64,000 bases of DNA, taken from Macrostomum lignano. Its lineage: Eukaryota. Both the position numbers and the translations under genes were made by a program. Positions 24,076 to 36,820 of the stretch are shown in pieces. The stretch spans positions 186,001 through 250,000 of the forward strand of contig NIVC01000834.1 in NCBI GenBank assembly GCA_002269645.1, in the 5' to 3' direction. The notes below the pieces were generated by a model. The model was not told the DNA's origin, made no database searches, and saw only the letters and a program-made list of their open reading frames with translations. Each line of letters opens with the position of its first letter. The first letter of the stretch is position 1.

Positions 24076-27000
24076 TTACACATTCTGCCTTTCGCTGCGA
24101 ATCTTCTGAACCATGCTGCAAGCCATGACTACGCAAATGATCTGCAATCGGTTTTATTGTATGATTGATCAGTGGTGTGTCTATACCTCATGACTGAGTG
24201 TGTCTATACCTCATGACTGAGTGTGTCTATACCTCATGACTGATTGTGTCTATACCTCATGACTGAGTGTGTCTATACCTCATGTCTGAGTGTGTCTATA
24301 CCTCATGTCTGAGTGTGTCTATACCTCATGTCTGAGTGTGTCTATACCTCATGTCTGAGTGTGTCTACTTCATGACTAAGTGTGTCTACTTCATGACTGA
24401 GTGTGTCTACTTCATGACTGAGTGTGTCTATACTTCATGACTGAGTGTGTCTATACTTCATGACTAAGTGTGTCTACTTCATGACTAAGTGTGTCTACTT
24501 CATGACTGAATGTGTCTACTTCATGTCTAAGTGTGTCTATCCCTCATGACTGAGTGTGTCTACTTCATGACTAAGTGTGTCTATACCTTTATGTCTGAGT
24601 GTGTCTATACCTCATGTCTGAGTGTGTCTATACCTCATGTCTGAGTGTGTTTATACCTTTATGTCTGAGTGTGTCTATACCTCATGTCTGAGTGTGTCTA
24701 CTTCATGACCGAATGTGTCTACTTCATGTCTGAGTGTGTCTATACCTCATGTCTGAGTGTGTCTACTTCATGACTGAGTGTGTCTATCCCTCATGACTGA
24801 GTGTGCCTACTTCATGACTGAGTGTGTCTATACCTTTATGTCTGAGTGTGTCTATACCTCATGTCTGAGTGTGTCTATACCTCATGTCTGAGTGTGTTTA
24901 TACCTTTATGTCTGAGTGTGTCTATACCTCATGTCTGAGTGTGTCTACTTCATGTCTGAGTGTGTCTATACCTCATGTCTGAGTGTGTCTACTTCATGAC
25001 TGAGTGTGTCTATACCTCATGACTGAGTGTGTCTATACCTCATGACTGAGTGTGTCTATACTTCATGACTGAGTGTGTCTATACTTCATGACTAAGTGTG
25101 TCTACTTCATGACTGAGTGTGTCTACTTCATGACTAAGTGTGTCTACTTCATGACTGAATGTGTCTACTTCATGTCTAAGTGTGTCTATCCCTCATGACT
25201 GAGTGTGTCTATACTTCATGACTGAGTGTGTCTATCCCTCATGACTGAGTGTGTCTACTTCATGACTGAATGTGTCTACTTCATGTCTAAGTGTGTCTAT
25301 CCCTCATGACTGAGTGTGTCTATACTTCATGACTGAGTGTGTCTATCCCTCATGACTGAGTGTGTCTACTTCATGACTGAGTGTGTCTATACCTTTATGT
25401 CTGAGTGTGTCTATACCTCATGTCTGAGTGTGTCTATACCTTATGTCTGAGTGTGTCTATATCTTATGTCTGAGTGTGTCTATACCTCATGTCTGAGTGT
25501 GTCTATACCTCATGTCTGAGTGTGTCTATACCTTTATGTCTGAGTGTGTCTATACCTTTATGTCTGAGTGTGTCTATACCTCATGTCTGAGTGTGTCTAC
25601 TTCATGACTGAGTGTGTCTATACTTCATGTCTGAGTGTGTTTATACCTTTATGTCTGAGTGTGTCTATACCTCATGTCTGAGTGTGTCTATACCTCATGT
25701 CTGAGTGTGTCTACTTCATGACTAAGTGTGTCTACTTCATGACTGAGTGTGTCTACTTCATGACTGAGTGTGTCTATACTTCATGACTGAGTGTGTCTAT
25801 ACTTCATGACTAAGTGTGTCTACTTCATGTCTAAGTGTGTCTATCCCTCATGACTGAGTGTGTCTACTTCATGACTGAGTGTGTCTATACCTTTATGTCT
25901 GAGTGTGTCTATACCTCATGACTGAGTGTGTCTACTTCATGACTAAGTGTGTCTACTTCATGACTGAGTGTGTCTATACCTTTATGTCTGAGTGTGTCTA
26001 TACCTCATGTCTGAGTGTGTCTATACCTTATGTCTGAGTGTGTCTATATCTTATGTCTGAGTGTGTCTATACCTCATGTCTGAGTGTGTCTATACCTCAT
26101 GTCTGAGTGTGTCTATACCTCATGTCTGAGTGTGTTTATACCTTTATGTCTGAGTGTGTCTATACCTCATGTCTGAGTGTGTCTACTTCATGACTGAGTG
26201 TGTCTATACTTCATGTCTGAGTGTGTTTATACCTTTATGTCTGAGTGTGTCTACTTCATGACAGAGTGTGTCTATACCTCATGACTGAGTGTGTCTACTT
26301 CATGACTAAGTGTGTCTACTTCATGACTAAGTGTGTCTACTTCATGACTAAGTGTGTCTACTTCATGACTAAGTGTGTCTACTTCATGACTAAGTGTGTC
26401 TACTTCATGACTGAGTGTGTCTACTTCATGACTAAGTGTGTCTACTTCATGACTGAGTGTGTCTACTTCATGACTGAGTGTGTCTACTTCATGACTAAGT
26501 GTGTCTACTTCATGACTGAGTGTGTCTACTTCATGACTGAGTGTGTCTACTTCATGACTAAGTGTGTCTACTTCATGACTAAGTGTGTCTACTTCATGAC
26601 TGAATGTGTCTACTTCATGTCTAAGTGTGTCTATCCCTCATGACTGAGTGTGTTTATACCTTTATGTCTGAGTGTGTCTACCTCATGACTGAGTGTGTCT
26701 ACTTCATGACTAAGTGTGTCTACTTCATGACTAAGTGTGTCTACTTCATGACTGAGTGTGTCTACTTCATGACTGAGTGTGTCTATACTTCATGACTAAG
26801 TGTGTCTACTTCATGACTAAGTGTGTCTACTTCATGACTGAGTGTGTCTTCTTCATGTCTGAGTGTGTCTATACCTCATGTCTGAGTGTGTCTACTTCAT
26901 GTCTGAGTGTGTCTACTTCATGACTGAGTGTGTCTATACCTCATGACTGAGTGTGTCTACTTCATGACTGAGTGTGTCTATACCTCATGACTGAGTGTGT

Positions 27001-30000
27001 CTACTTCATGACTGAGTGTGTCTATACCTCATGACTGAGTGTGTCTATACTTCATGACTAAGTGTGTCTACTTCATGACTAAGTGTGTCTACTTCATGAC
27101 TGAGTGTGTCTACTTCATGACTAAGTGTGTCTACTTCATGACTGAATGTGTCTACTTCATGTCTAAGTGTGTCTATCCCTCATGACTGAGTGTGTCTATA
27201 CTTCATGACTGAGTGTGTCTATACCTCATGTCTGAGTGTGTCTATACCTCATGTCTGAGTGTGTCTATACTTCATGTCTGAGTGTGTCTATACCTCATGA
27301 CTGAGTGTGTCTACTTCATGACTGAGTGTGTCTATACCTTTATGTCTGAGTGTGTCTATACCTCATGTCTGAGTGTGTCTACTTCATGACTGAGTGTGTC
27401 TATACTTCATGACTAAGTGTGTCTACTTCATGACTAAGTGTGTCTACTTCATGACTAAGTGTGTCTACTTCATGACTTAGTGTGTCTACTTCATGACTGA
27501 GTGTGTCTATATTTCATGACTGAGTGTGTCTATACTTCATGAGTGAGTGTGTCTATACCTCATGACTGAGTGTGTCTACTTCATGACTGAGTGTGTCTAT
27601 ACCTCATGACTGAGTGTGTCTACTTCATGTCTGAGTGTGTCTACTTCATGACTGAGTGTGTCTATACCTCATGACTGAGTGTGTCTACTTCATGACTGAG
27701 TGTGTCTATACCTCATGACTGAGTGTGTCTACTTCATGACTGAGTGTGTCTATACTTCATGAGTGAGTGTGTCTATACCTCATGTCTGAGTGTGTCTATA
27801 CTTCATGACTGAGTGTGTCTATACCTCATGACTGAGTGTGTCTATACTTCATGACTAAGTGTGTCTACTTCATGACTAAGTGTGTCTACTTCATGACTAA
27901 GTGTGTCTACTTCATGACTAAGTGTGTCTACTTCATGTCTGAGTGTGTCTACTTCATGACTGAGTGTGTCTATACCTCATGACTGAGTGTGTCTACTTCA
28001 TGACTGAGTGTGTCTATACCTCATGACTGAGTGTGTCTACTTCATGACTGAGTGTGTCTATACTTCATGAGTGAGTGTGTCTATACCTCATGTCTGAGTG
28101 TGTCTATACCTCATGACTGAGTGTGTCTACTTCATGACTGAGTGTGTCTATACCTCATGACTGAGTGTGTCTATACTTCATGACTAAGTGTGTCTACTTC
28201 ATGACTAAGTGTGTCTACTTCATGACTGAGTGTGTCTACTTCATGACTAAGTGTGTCTACTTCATGACTGAATGTGTCTACTTCATGTCTAAGTGTGTCT
28301 ATACCTCATGTCTGAGTGTGTCTATCCCTCATGACTGAGTGTGTCTATACTTCATGACTGAGTGTGTCTATACCTCATGTCTGAGTGTGTCTATACCTCA
28401 TGTCTGAGTGTGTCTATACTTCATGTCTGAGTGTGTCTATACCTCATGACTGAGTGTGTCTACTTCATGACTGAGTGTGTCTATACCTTTATGTCTGAGT
28501 GTGTCTATACCTCATGTCTGAGTGTGTCTACTTCATGACTGAGTGTGTCTATACTTCATGACTAAGTGTGTCTACTTCATGACTAAGTGTGTCTACTTCA
28601 TGACTGAGTGTGTCTACTTCATGACTAAGTGTGTCTACTTCATGACTGAGTGTGTCTACTTCATGACTTAGTGTGTCTACTTCATGACTGAGTGTGTCTA
28701 TATTTCATGACTGAGTGTGTCTATACTTCATGAGTGAGTGTGTCTATACTTCATGACTGAGTGTGTCTATACCTCATGACTGAGTGTGTCTACTTCATGA
28801 CTAAGTGTGTCTACTTCATGACTAAGTGTGTCTACTTCATGACTAAGTGTGTCTACTTCATGACTGAGTGTGTCTATACCTCATGTCTGAGTGTGTCTAT
28901 ACCTCATGTCTGAGTGTGTCTATACCTCATGTCTGAGTGTGTCTATACCTCATGTCTGAGTGTGTCTATACCTCATGTCTGAGTGTGTCTATATCTTATG
29001 TCTGAGTGTGTCTACTTCATGAGTGAGTGTGTCTACTTCATGACTGAGTGTGTCTACTTCATGAGTGAGTGTGTCTACTTCATGACTGAGTGTGTCTACT
29101 TCATGAGTGAGTGTGTCTACTTCATGACTGAGTGTGTCTACTTCATGAGTGAGTGTGTCTACTTCATGACTGAGTGTGTCTACTTCATGACTGAGTGTGT
29201 CTACTTCATGATAGGGTATGCCCAGGGTGGATATTGATGTGTCCATTTTATCTTTGGAGTTGCACGCCGTCACAAAACTTGATTGTCAACTCTTGTGGCA
29301 GGTTTTTTGCTGCATCAAGAATGCATCAAACTTGGCATCCTATATGGTTATTATAGATGTCGCTTACCTCAAACATTCCAACCAGAATTCCAACCACTAT
29401 GATGGCTAAGGTGTAGCGATCGATATAGGAATTCAGTTTATCGTAGCAGCCCTGAAAGTTGGCATAGAAATTTCGAATCTGATTGGGCCTAGTATCACTG
29501 ATTAAAAAGTTCTGAGCAAATCAGGCAGGCTTGCTTAGTTTTTTCTGCACTTGTGACATCCTTGATCAGCGCTCATCATCCCTCAAACCTGCAGGTGTTG
29601 AAACAGCTTTGGAAGTCGCTCGGACAGATCCGGTGAATTGGGGGCCGGGAGGATGCGGCACCCTTTCGTCAGTGCACACACGGTGTTTAGAGCATTGATT
29701 TTCAGCACTTACAATGTACATGTACCATCAGATCATGTGTCAGGCTCAAAACTTTTTAGTGAATTACTCTCGTAATTTAAAAATGATTTATAACCTACCT
29801 ACTACCCCAAAATCCGATCACAGCTCCACCACCCCGTAGCCTCAACACCCCGGTAGCCCCACCACCCCGGTAGCCCCACACCCCGTAGCCCCACCACTCC
29901 GGTAGCCCCACACCCCGTAGCCCCACCACCCCGTAGCCCCACCACCCCGTAGCCCCACCACCCCGTAGCCCCACCACCCCGGTAGCCCCACCACATCGGT

Positions 30001-33000
30001 AGCCCCACACCCCGTAGCCCCACCACCCCGGTAGCCCCACCACCCCGGTAGCCCCACACCCCGTAGCCCCACCACCCCGGTAGCCCCACACCCCGTAGCC
30101 CCACCACCCCGTAGCCCCACCACCCCGTAGCCCCACCACCCCGTAGCCCCACCACCCCGGTAGCCCCACCACCCCGGTAGCCCCACACCCCGTAGCCCCA
30201 CCACCCCGGTAGCCCCACCACCCCGGTAGCCCCACACCCCGTAGCCCCACCACCCCGGTAGCCCCACCACCCGTAGCCCCACCACCCCGGTAGCCCCACA
30301 CCCCGTAGCCCCACCACCCAGGTAGCCCCACACCCCGTAGCCCCACCACCCCGGTAGCCCCACCACCCCGGTAGCCCCACACCCCGTAGCCCCACCACCC
30401 CGGTAGCCCCACCACCCGTAGCCCCACCACCCCGGTAGCCCCACACCCCGTAGCCCCACCACCCCGGTAGCCCCACCACCCCGGTAGCCCCACCACCCCG
30501 GTAGCCCCACACCCCGTAGCCCCACCACCCCGGTAGCCCCACCACCCCGGTAGCCCCACACCCCGTAGCCCCACCACCCCGGTAGCCCCACCACCCGTAG
30601 CCCCACCACCCCGGTAGCCCCACACCCCGTAGCCCCACCACCCAGGTAGCCCCACACCCCGTAGCCCCACCACCCGTAGCCCCACCACCCCGTAGCCCCA
30701 CCACCCCGGTAGCCCCACCGCCCCGTAGCCCCACCACCCAGGTAGCCCCACACCCCGTAGCCCCACCACCCGTAGCCCCACCACCCCGTAGCCCCACCAC
30801 CCATAGCCCCAACACCCCATGGCCCCAACACCATTAGCCCCACACCCCGTAGCCCCACCACCCGTAGCCCCACCACCCCGTAGCCCCACCACCCCGTAGC
30901 CCCACCACCCCGGTAGCCCCACCACCCCGGTAGCCCCACCATCCCGTAGCCCCACCACCCAGGTAGCCCCACACCCCGTAGCCCCACCACCCAGGTAGCC
31001 CCACACCCGTAGCCCCACCACCCCGTAGCCCCACCACCCATAGCCCCAACACCCCATGGCCCCAACACCATTAGCCCCAACACCCCATAGCCCCACTACC
31101 CCATAGCCCCAACACCCCATAGCCCCAACACCCTTAGCCCCAACACCCCATAGCCCCACCGCCCCCGTAGCCCCACTACCCCGTAGCCCCAACACCCCAT
31201 AGCCCCAACACCCCATAGCCCCACCACCCCGTAGCCCCACCACCCGTAGCCCCACCACCCGTAGTTTCACCGCCCCGTAGCCCCACCTCCCTATGGGACT
31301 GCGAGCAACCCGACCCGTGAACTTACCTCCTTATTAATCTGCGAGCTGCTAGCATTGTAGGGACAATTCCTATCAATCAGATAGTCATCAATCCGAGTCC
31401 AATTCTGGTGGGACAGCAGCTCGTCTTTTTTGTTCATCTTGCAGCACGTGACCGGCACAACGATGGTCTTGCCATTGTACTGCCGACTGGAGTTGGTCCA
31501 CAGCGTGTTGACGCCAGTTATGTCTGACATGCTGGAGACACCGCAGCAAGACATCTGGAATGTAGGACATGCGCATAAATTCTGAGTAGTACATGTTTTT
31601 CAGCCTTGTACATTTAGTTGAATATGTGCAGAAAACTTGTGTAAATATTTATACGAGCTATTTATAGTCTTATTACCCGCAACAAATTACAAATGCTTAC
31701 ATCTACTTTCTAATAGGCCGAGAAAACAGTAATATTAGTTAAAATACAATTTACTCATAATATATATATCTAGCATTTTCATTATACCTTACTTGTAGTA
31801 ATAATTATAGAATGTTGCTTGTATAAAATTAATAATAATTAGAATTTACTAACTACAGTACTTTAAGTAGAAATATAGGGAAAATAGTTAGCGCAATTTT
31901 AAAACTTAACGATCTAAAATATTATGTACTTTACTAATAGTAAAATACTAGATTTTTATTATTCTGACTTTTTATTACAATAAAATTTTATATTTTTTCA
32001 AGTTTATTAAGTTGGTATTTTTACTTACCGACACCTGAGCGTAGTTAACTAGCGAGGAAAACACAGCGTTAGGATTGCTGTCGTTGCTGACGGCCAGGTT
32101 AATTGGCAGGTAGCGGGTGGCTTCCAGCCGCTTGAGTGTAGGCAGCATCTCTGTGCCAATCTGGGCCCTGAAGACTCCGGCAGCGATTCCACCGGCGATT
32201 TCCACGATCAGCACAATGCTGACGGCGCCAGCATACTGGGAATATTATAATAAGGTTTTATATAAAAGCACATACGCTTTTAGACTACTCTTAGTAGTTC
32301 ACCTAGTAGTTCGTAGGTCAAGGATGTTCCTACAAGTAAGTGGTCCAGAGGTCAAGGGTATTATTGTTCCCGGGAATTGGTTATCTTTCCCAACCTTAGT
32401 TACAAGGGAATCACAGCTGAAACAGAGGAAGATACGGCTAACCTTTTTGAAGACTTTCTCAATGATAAAATGCAGCCCCATCTGGATAAGAACTCGAATT
32501 TTTATCAGGATAAATTAAGGACGTTGAGTCTAATGAAACATTCCGCCCCCACGACAGCATTATATATTAGAGCTCTCTCGTACCGGGCTAGAGCAGATCC
32601 AAGCTACCCAGACAGGGAAGACACAGAATCCGAACTCCTCAACATCAATGTCCTCATGGAAACCAAAAAGCTCAGATCGGGATGGGCCCCTGGTCCTGAT
32701 AATTGCATTGCTTATAATTATGCTCGGGCTCAGCCCCGACTCTATCAAATTTTTAGCAAGAATCTTCAATGCTAGGATAGCTTTCTTCTGGGCTATTTTC
32801 CCAAAGCTTGGAGGAGGGCCATCATTAAGTTAAGCTAAATGATGAGGACGCACTTTTTTCCAAATCCCGCGCTAGCACATGGGCTCTAAACTTACTAGCC
32901 TACTAACAGTGGGCAATAGGCATTTTTATCCTTTTTCTGCGAATTGTCATAGAATCTATACTAGATATAATGTCTGGTCATACTAGTAGTCATAATAACA

Positions 33001-36000
33001 TAGGCGCAGCTTTTTGGGTCATAAATCATCGCTTTCGAAGCTGGTCTGACAGCCACCTGCGCCTCACTCAGTGTTGAGGCGGGCGCCAAATGGTCTGAGA
33101 GGACGCGGGCGGTAGCTCTTTTCTCATCATTTTGACAGGCCATCAAGATTTATGAGATGAGAGCCTATTGTTCATGTTCACTCAAGCGTGTGACAGCTTT
33201 GACAGCTAAGCGTTTTACCCCTAAAAGTACTTTGGGATTAGCGATTAGCGGTTTCTCTTCATTATCTTCACTTTCTATTTAATAAGAGCTTTCCAATGTA
33301 TATTTTTTCATTAACTTCTGTCAATCCTACGCGAAAAGTCATAAATCATTTTGTTGCGATTTTGATTGATTTATGGCCGCACCTGTCATCTTTTTACAAC
33401 CTTGTGGGAACTGATAGGATCTCCCGGTCACGTGATTCTGGGTAGCAACAAGCTTAGCCAATCAGAAAATTCGCCGCGCATTTTAACAAATCGGCTCAGC
33501 CAATCAGAATCGACGTGTTCCATTATAACAAACTGCGGTCCAGTTGGCGGCTATTTAAACCGGTGTTTTTGGCCCGCTTGGACCAACTCCTCCTGGGACC
33601 TTAGCCTAGATTGAGACGTCCCGGAGCGCGACCGTCGTTTCTTGATCCCCGGATTGCGACCTCCCCCATCATCATCAAGGACGAGTCCCCCGGTCATCAG
33701 CAGCGAACATCAAAGTTAAGAGCATCACCTGCTAGCTATCTGCGAAGACCGTGACATCAGCACCATCCCGGGTCTACAGCTGCGAAGCACTAAGCCGATT
33801 CGGTCACTGTGGATTACCTGGTCTCCGGCTGTTGAGTTTCTGATTGGTTGGGTGAGAGGCTGCCTAGACTTGCTTGATTGGGTGATTCCTTATCTGTCCC
33901 CTGTTTCAGTAGCTGGATTAGGCGCACACTTTTGCTCTTTTTGTTCAGTAGTGCTGTTGCTGAGGCAGAAGTCATTCAATAATACTGCTAGTAGTCTAAA
34001 ACTCCAATTCAATCTGAAGTGTGAAGTGATCTGAGGAGAAGGTTAAATCTGACAGTTATTTTTATCGGTTTTATTTCTTTGTTCGCCGATGGCTCAGATG
34101 AATAGCTAAGCTAGTAGCTATTAGCTACCTAGGTCCACTAGGTCCACTATTAGCTACCGGTTACAGTGGACCAATGGCAAGGCGGTTCTCAGTCGTGAGT
34201 CGATCAATCTATCAAATCAGTGAGCGAAATTGCCAATAGTGCAGAATCGGCTCCAGAGGTGTACACTGTGCACTCTAGGTTAGCTAAGCGGCTCGGGTGA
34301 TGAATCATGGGCCGAAAGGTCGAAACCCATCATAAAAATGGAATCAGCAGCTATACAGACCTACAAGTTTAACATCATGTTTGGGGAAACTATATGCAAA
34401 GGTAATTGCAAGAAACCTGTGCAGTATACTTGAAAACAAAGGTATAATAAATGAAGACCAATGTGCGTACCGACAAGACCATTGCACATTTGATAAAATT
34501 GTGCGGCTAACAGATGACGTACTTAAAATGCTCCAGCTCAAGAACTATACACTAGGTGTCTTTTTCGACGTTAATGGTGCTTTTGATGGTGTGTGACTTC
34601 GTGGGCAGGGCAAAGGCTTCAAACTGGCAGCTGGTGTTCCGCATGGTGGTGTCCTTTCCCCTCTACTCCTCATTGTCTACGTGAGTTCGATTCCTAGGCC
34701 TCTGGGTAGTCGGGTCAAAATCAGCGAGTTCGCAGATGACCTTGCCGTGTGGGCAAGCGCCAGGAAATCCGGCATGTCAACCAAGCGCCTTATGAGTATC
34801 TAAACTATCTTGAAACAATGGCTTGACGACATTGGTATTAGCATCAATCCGACGAAAGCCAAGGATGAAATCAAGTACTTCAACTCGGTCACATTCCTTG
34901 GAATCACGCTTGATAAAGAACTGGTATCACAATGTCCAAACTCGATGCTCCCAGAAGAATCGCACGCAACACTAGGATTTCTCAACTTGCGCTGAGACTT
35001 CTGGGTAGATCTCGTACATCGAAAGTAGCATGACTTATGCTGCTCCTGTTCTAATTAATGCCTCGGACTCGCTCGTGCAGAAACTCCAGGTCCTTCAAAA
35101 CCAAGCGCTTAGAATAACCCTTGACGCGCCCAGGTACACAAAAATTAGTTAGGTCTGCACGACATCTCTAAGACGCCCAGGTTCAAGGAGGGAATCTGGA
35201 TCCTGGGCAAGAGATGGTGTAAAAAAGCTATCCTAACAGGGGTGCACTGTTTTGACCTCGATTTAAAAGATTAGCGCAGACCAGGTCACAAAGTTCCTGT
35301 TACCACCAGACTTAGAAATGCCATTGCAGACTAAAATAGAGACTCCAGGACCTTGCAGAGAGAGCCTCCTCCCTGCCCACGAAATCAATACTTCTCAGAT
35401 TTAAATCCTCTTGCACTGTACATAATTTTACACCATTGAATATTTCTTTTAGTTTTATTATCTGTTTTCAGCTTTAATTGAAATTTAATTGAGACTTAAT
35501 TTGTTTTAACTGCCCGATATATTTAAAACTCTCAAGTCATACTGCTTCTATTTCTTCATCACCCTTTTTCCTCGATCCTTTTTATCCCTCAATATTTTGT
35601 ACTAGAACACGGTATCACTGGAAAATACTCTTTTATTTCGTCAAAACTGGAACTCAAATAAAAAATTAGCGTAAGAGCCCGGTTAGGCCTGGCGCGCTCG
35701 CTCTACTGAATGAGTACTAATGAATGAATGAATGAGGTCAAGTATATTTTCGCAGGGATTGGTTAAAGGTCAAGGATATTTTCCCAGGGAATTAATTAGT
35801 TAAAGGTCAAGGATATTTCCCAGGGAATTGGTTAAAGGTCAAGGATATTTTCCCAGGGAATTAGTTAAAGGTCAAGGATATTTTCCCAGGGAATTAGTTA
35901 AAGGTCAAGGATATTTCCCAGGGAATTGGTTAAAGGTCAAGGATATTTTCCCAGGGAATTAGTTAAAGGTCAAGGATATTTTCCCAGGGAATTAGTTAAA

Positions 36001-36820
36001 GGTCAAGGATATTTTCCCAGCGAATAGGTTAAAGGTCAAGGATATTTCCCAGGGAATTGGTTAAAGGTCAAGGATATTTTCCTAGGGAATTAGTTAAAGG
36101 TCAAGGATATTTTCCCCCATCGATCGAATCTGTTAAATTCCAAAGCTAATTTCCAGGGTTTGGTCAAAGGTCAGTGAATAGTCTCCCAAGGTTCAAGAAA
36201 CTGGCCCGAGGTAAAGGATATATTCTCCCAGGGAATTGGTCAGAGGTCAAGGATATTCTCCCAAGGGGATCGGTCAGAGGTCAAGGACATTCTCCCAGGG
36301 AATTAGTCGAAGGTCAAGGATATTCTCCCAAGGGGATCGGTCAGAGGTCAAGGACATTCTCCCAGGGAATTAGTCAGAAGTCAATCCGACGGCTCGGAAA
36401 TAATTTATTCACACGTTTTACTCAACGTAAGATTACAATGAAGAAACCTGTACTTAAAAAGTGGCGAGTTATTTTGCATATTTACAAGCATTAGGCATTA
36501 ACAGTTGGACTCACAATGCTGAGAAGGCAGCTGCTCTCCCTGATGGCGCCGCAGCAGCCGCAGAATCCGATTAAGAATGACAGGGCACCGAATACCAGTA
36601 TAACGTAAGCCGCTGCCACCAGTGTTGAAGTCGAACTCTTATAGCTCATCAGGGTTTCATTATTAATATTGTCAGAGCCCTGAGTGGCCAGGTGAACGAG
36701 TTTAAACATTGAGTCCGCAGACACGATCACCCAGATGGAGACGCCAACAATAGCCGCTCCAGCTAGTAGGAATACGATGTTGACAATCACCAGGACCAGC
36801 TTGTTGATGCAGTGGCACAT
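24076..36820 (-). CDS. Tetraspanin (296 aa), 5 exons
   Basis: Exons (-): 36820-36515, 32235-32029, 31554-31327, 29451-29368, 24141-24076; all phase-0 GT-AG. Four TM segments, GFCGCCGAIRES after TM2, QVSMSCCG (CCG motif), PVTCC, GCY, C-terminal ...SERQNV*. Confidence 0.93.
24172..29210. repeat. 5-kb minisatellite, 21/23/24-bp units (GAGTGTGTCTACTTCATGACT)
   Basis: Fills tetraspanin intron 4; interspersed variant units. Confidence 0.98.
29830..31292. repeat. 15-17-bp C-rich minisatellite (GTAGCCCCACCACCCC); G-rich on the transcribed strand
   Basis: Tetraspanin intron 3. Confidence 0.97.
32290..35716 (+). mobile_element. Decayed LINE (I/Jockey-like RT) in tetraspanin intron 1, split by a ~1.5-kb insert
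   Basis: APGPD (32686-32700), GYFPKAWRRAIIKL (32791-32832); resumes PKGRNP..YRPTSLTSCLGKL (from ~34313), FFDVNGAFDGV, GVPHGGVLSPLL (from 34633), FADD (34729-34740), KLQVLQNQALR; (AATG)n tail near 35700-35716. Confidence 0.82.
35750..36385. repeat. ~33-bp minisatellite (GGTTAAAGGTCAAGGATATTTTCCCAGGGAATT) with diverged right part
   Basis: About 11 close copies at 35750-36115 and diverged copies at 36150-36385. Confidence 0.93.

Noticed and set aside
24172-29210. CRISPR-like regular repeats (also 59640-61594)
   Set aside because: Head-to-tail units with no unique spacers, no cas genes, eukaryotic context.
29795-31270. Gly/Trp-rich ORFs
   Set aside because: Intronic minisatellite, open in all three frames.
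34297-34345. Hammerhead-like TGATGA...GGCC-GAAA-GGTC-GAAAC
   Set aside because: No intact CUGAUGA adjacent to stem II, stems I and III do not close, and the segment reads as RT motif PKGRNP.
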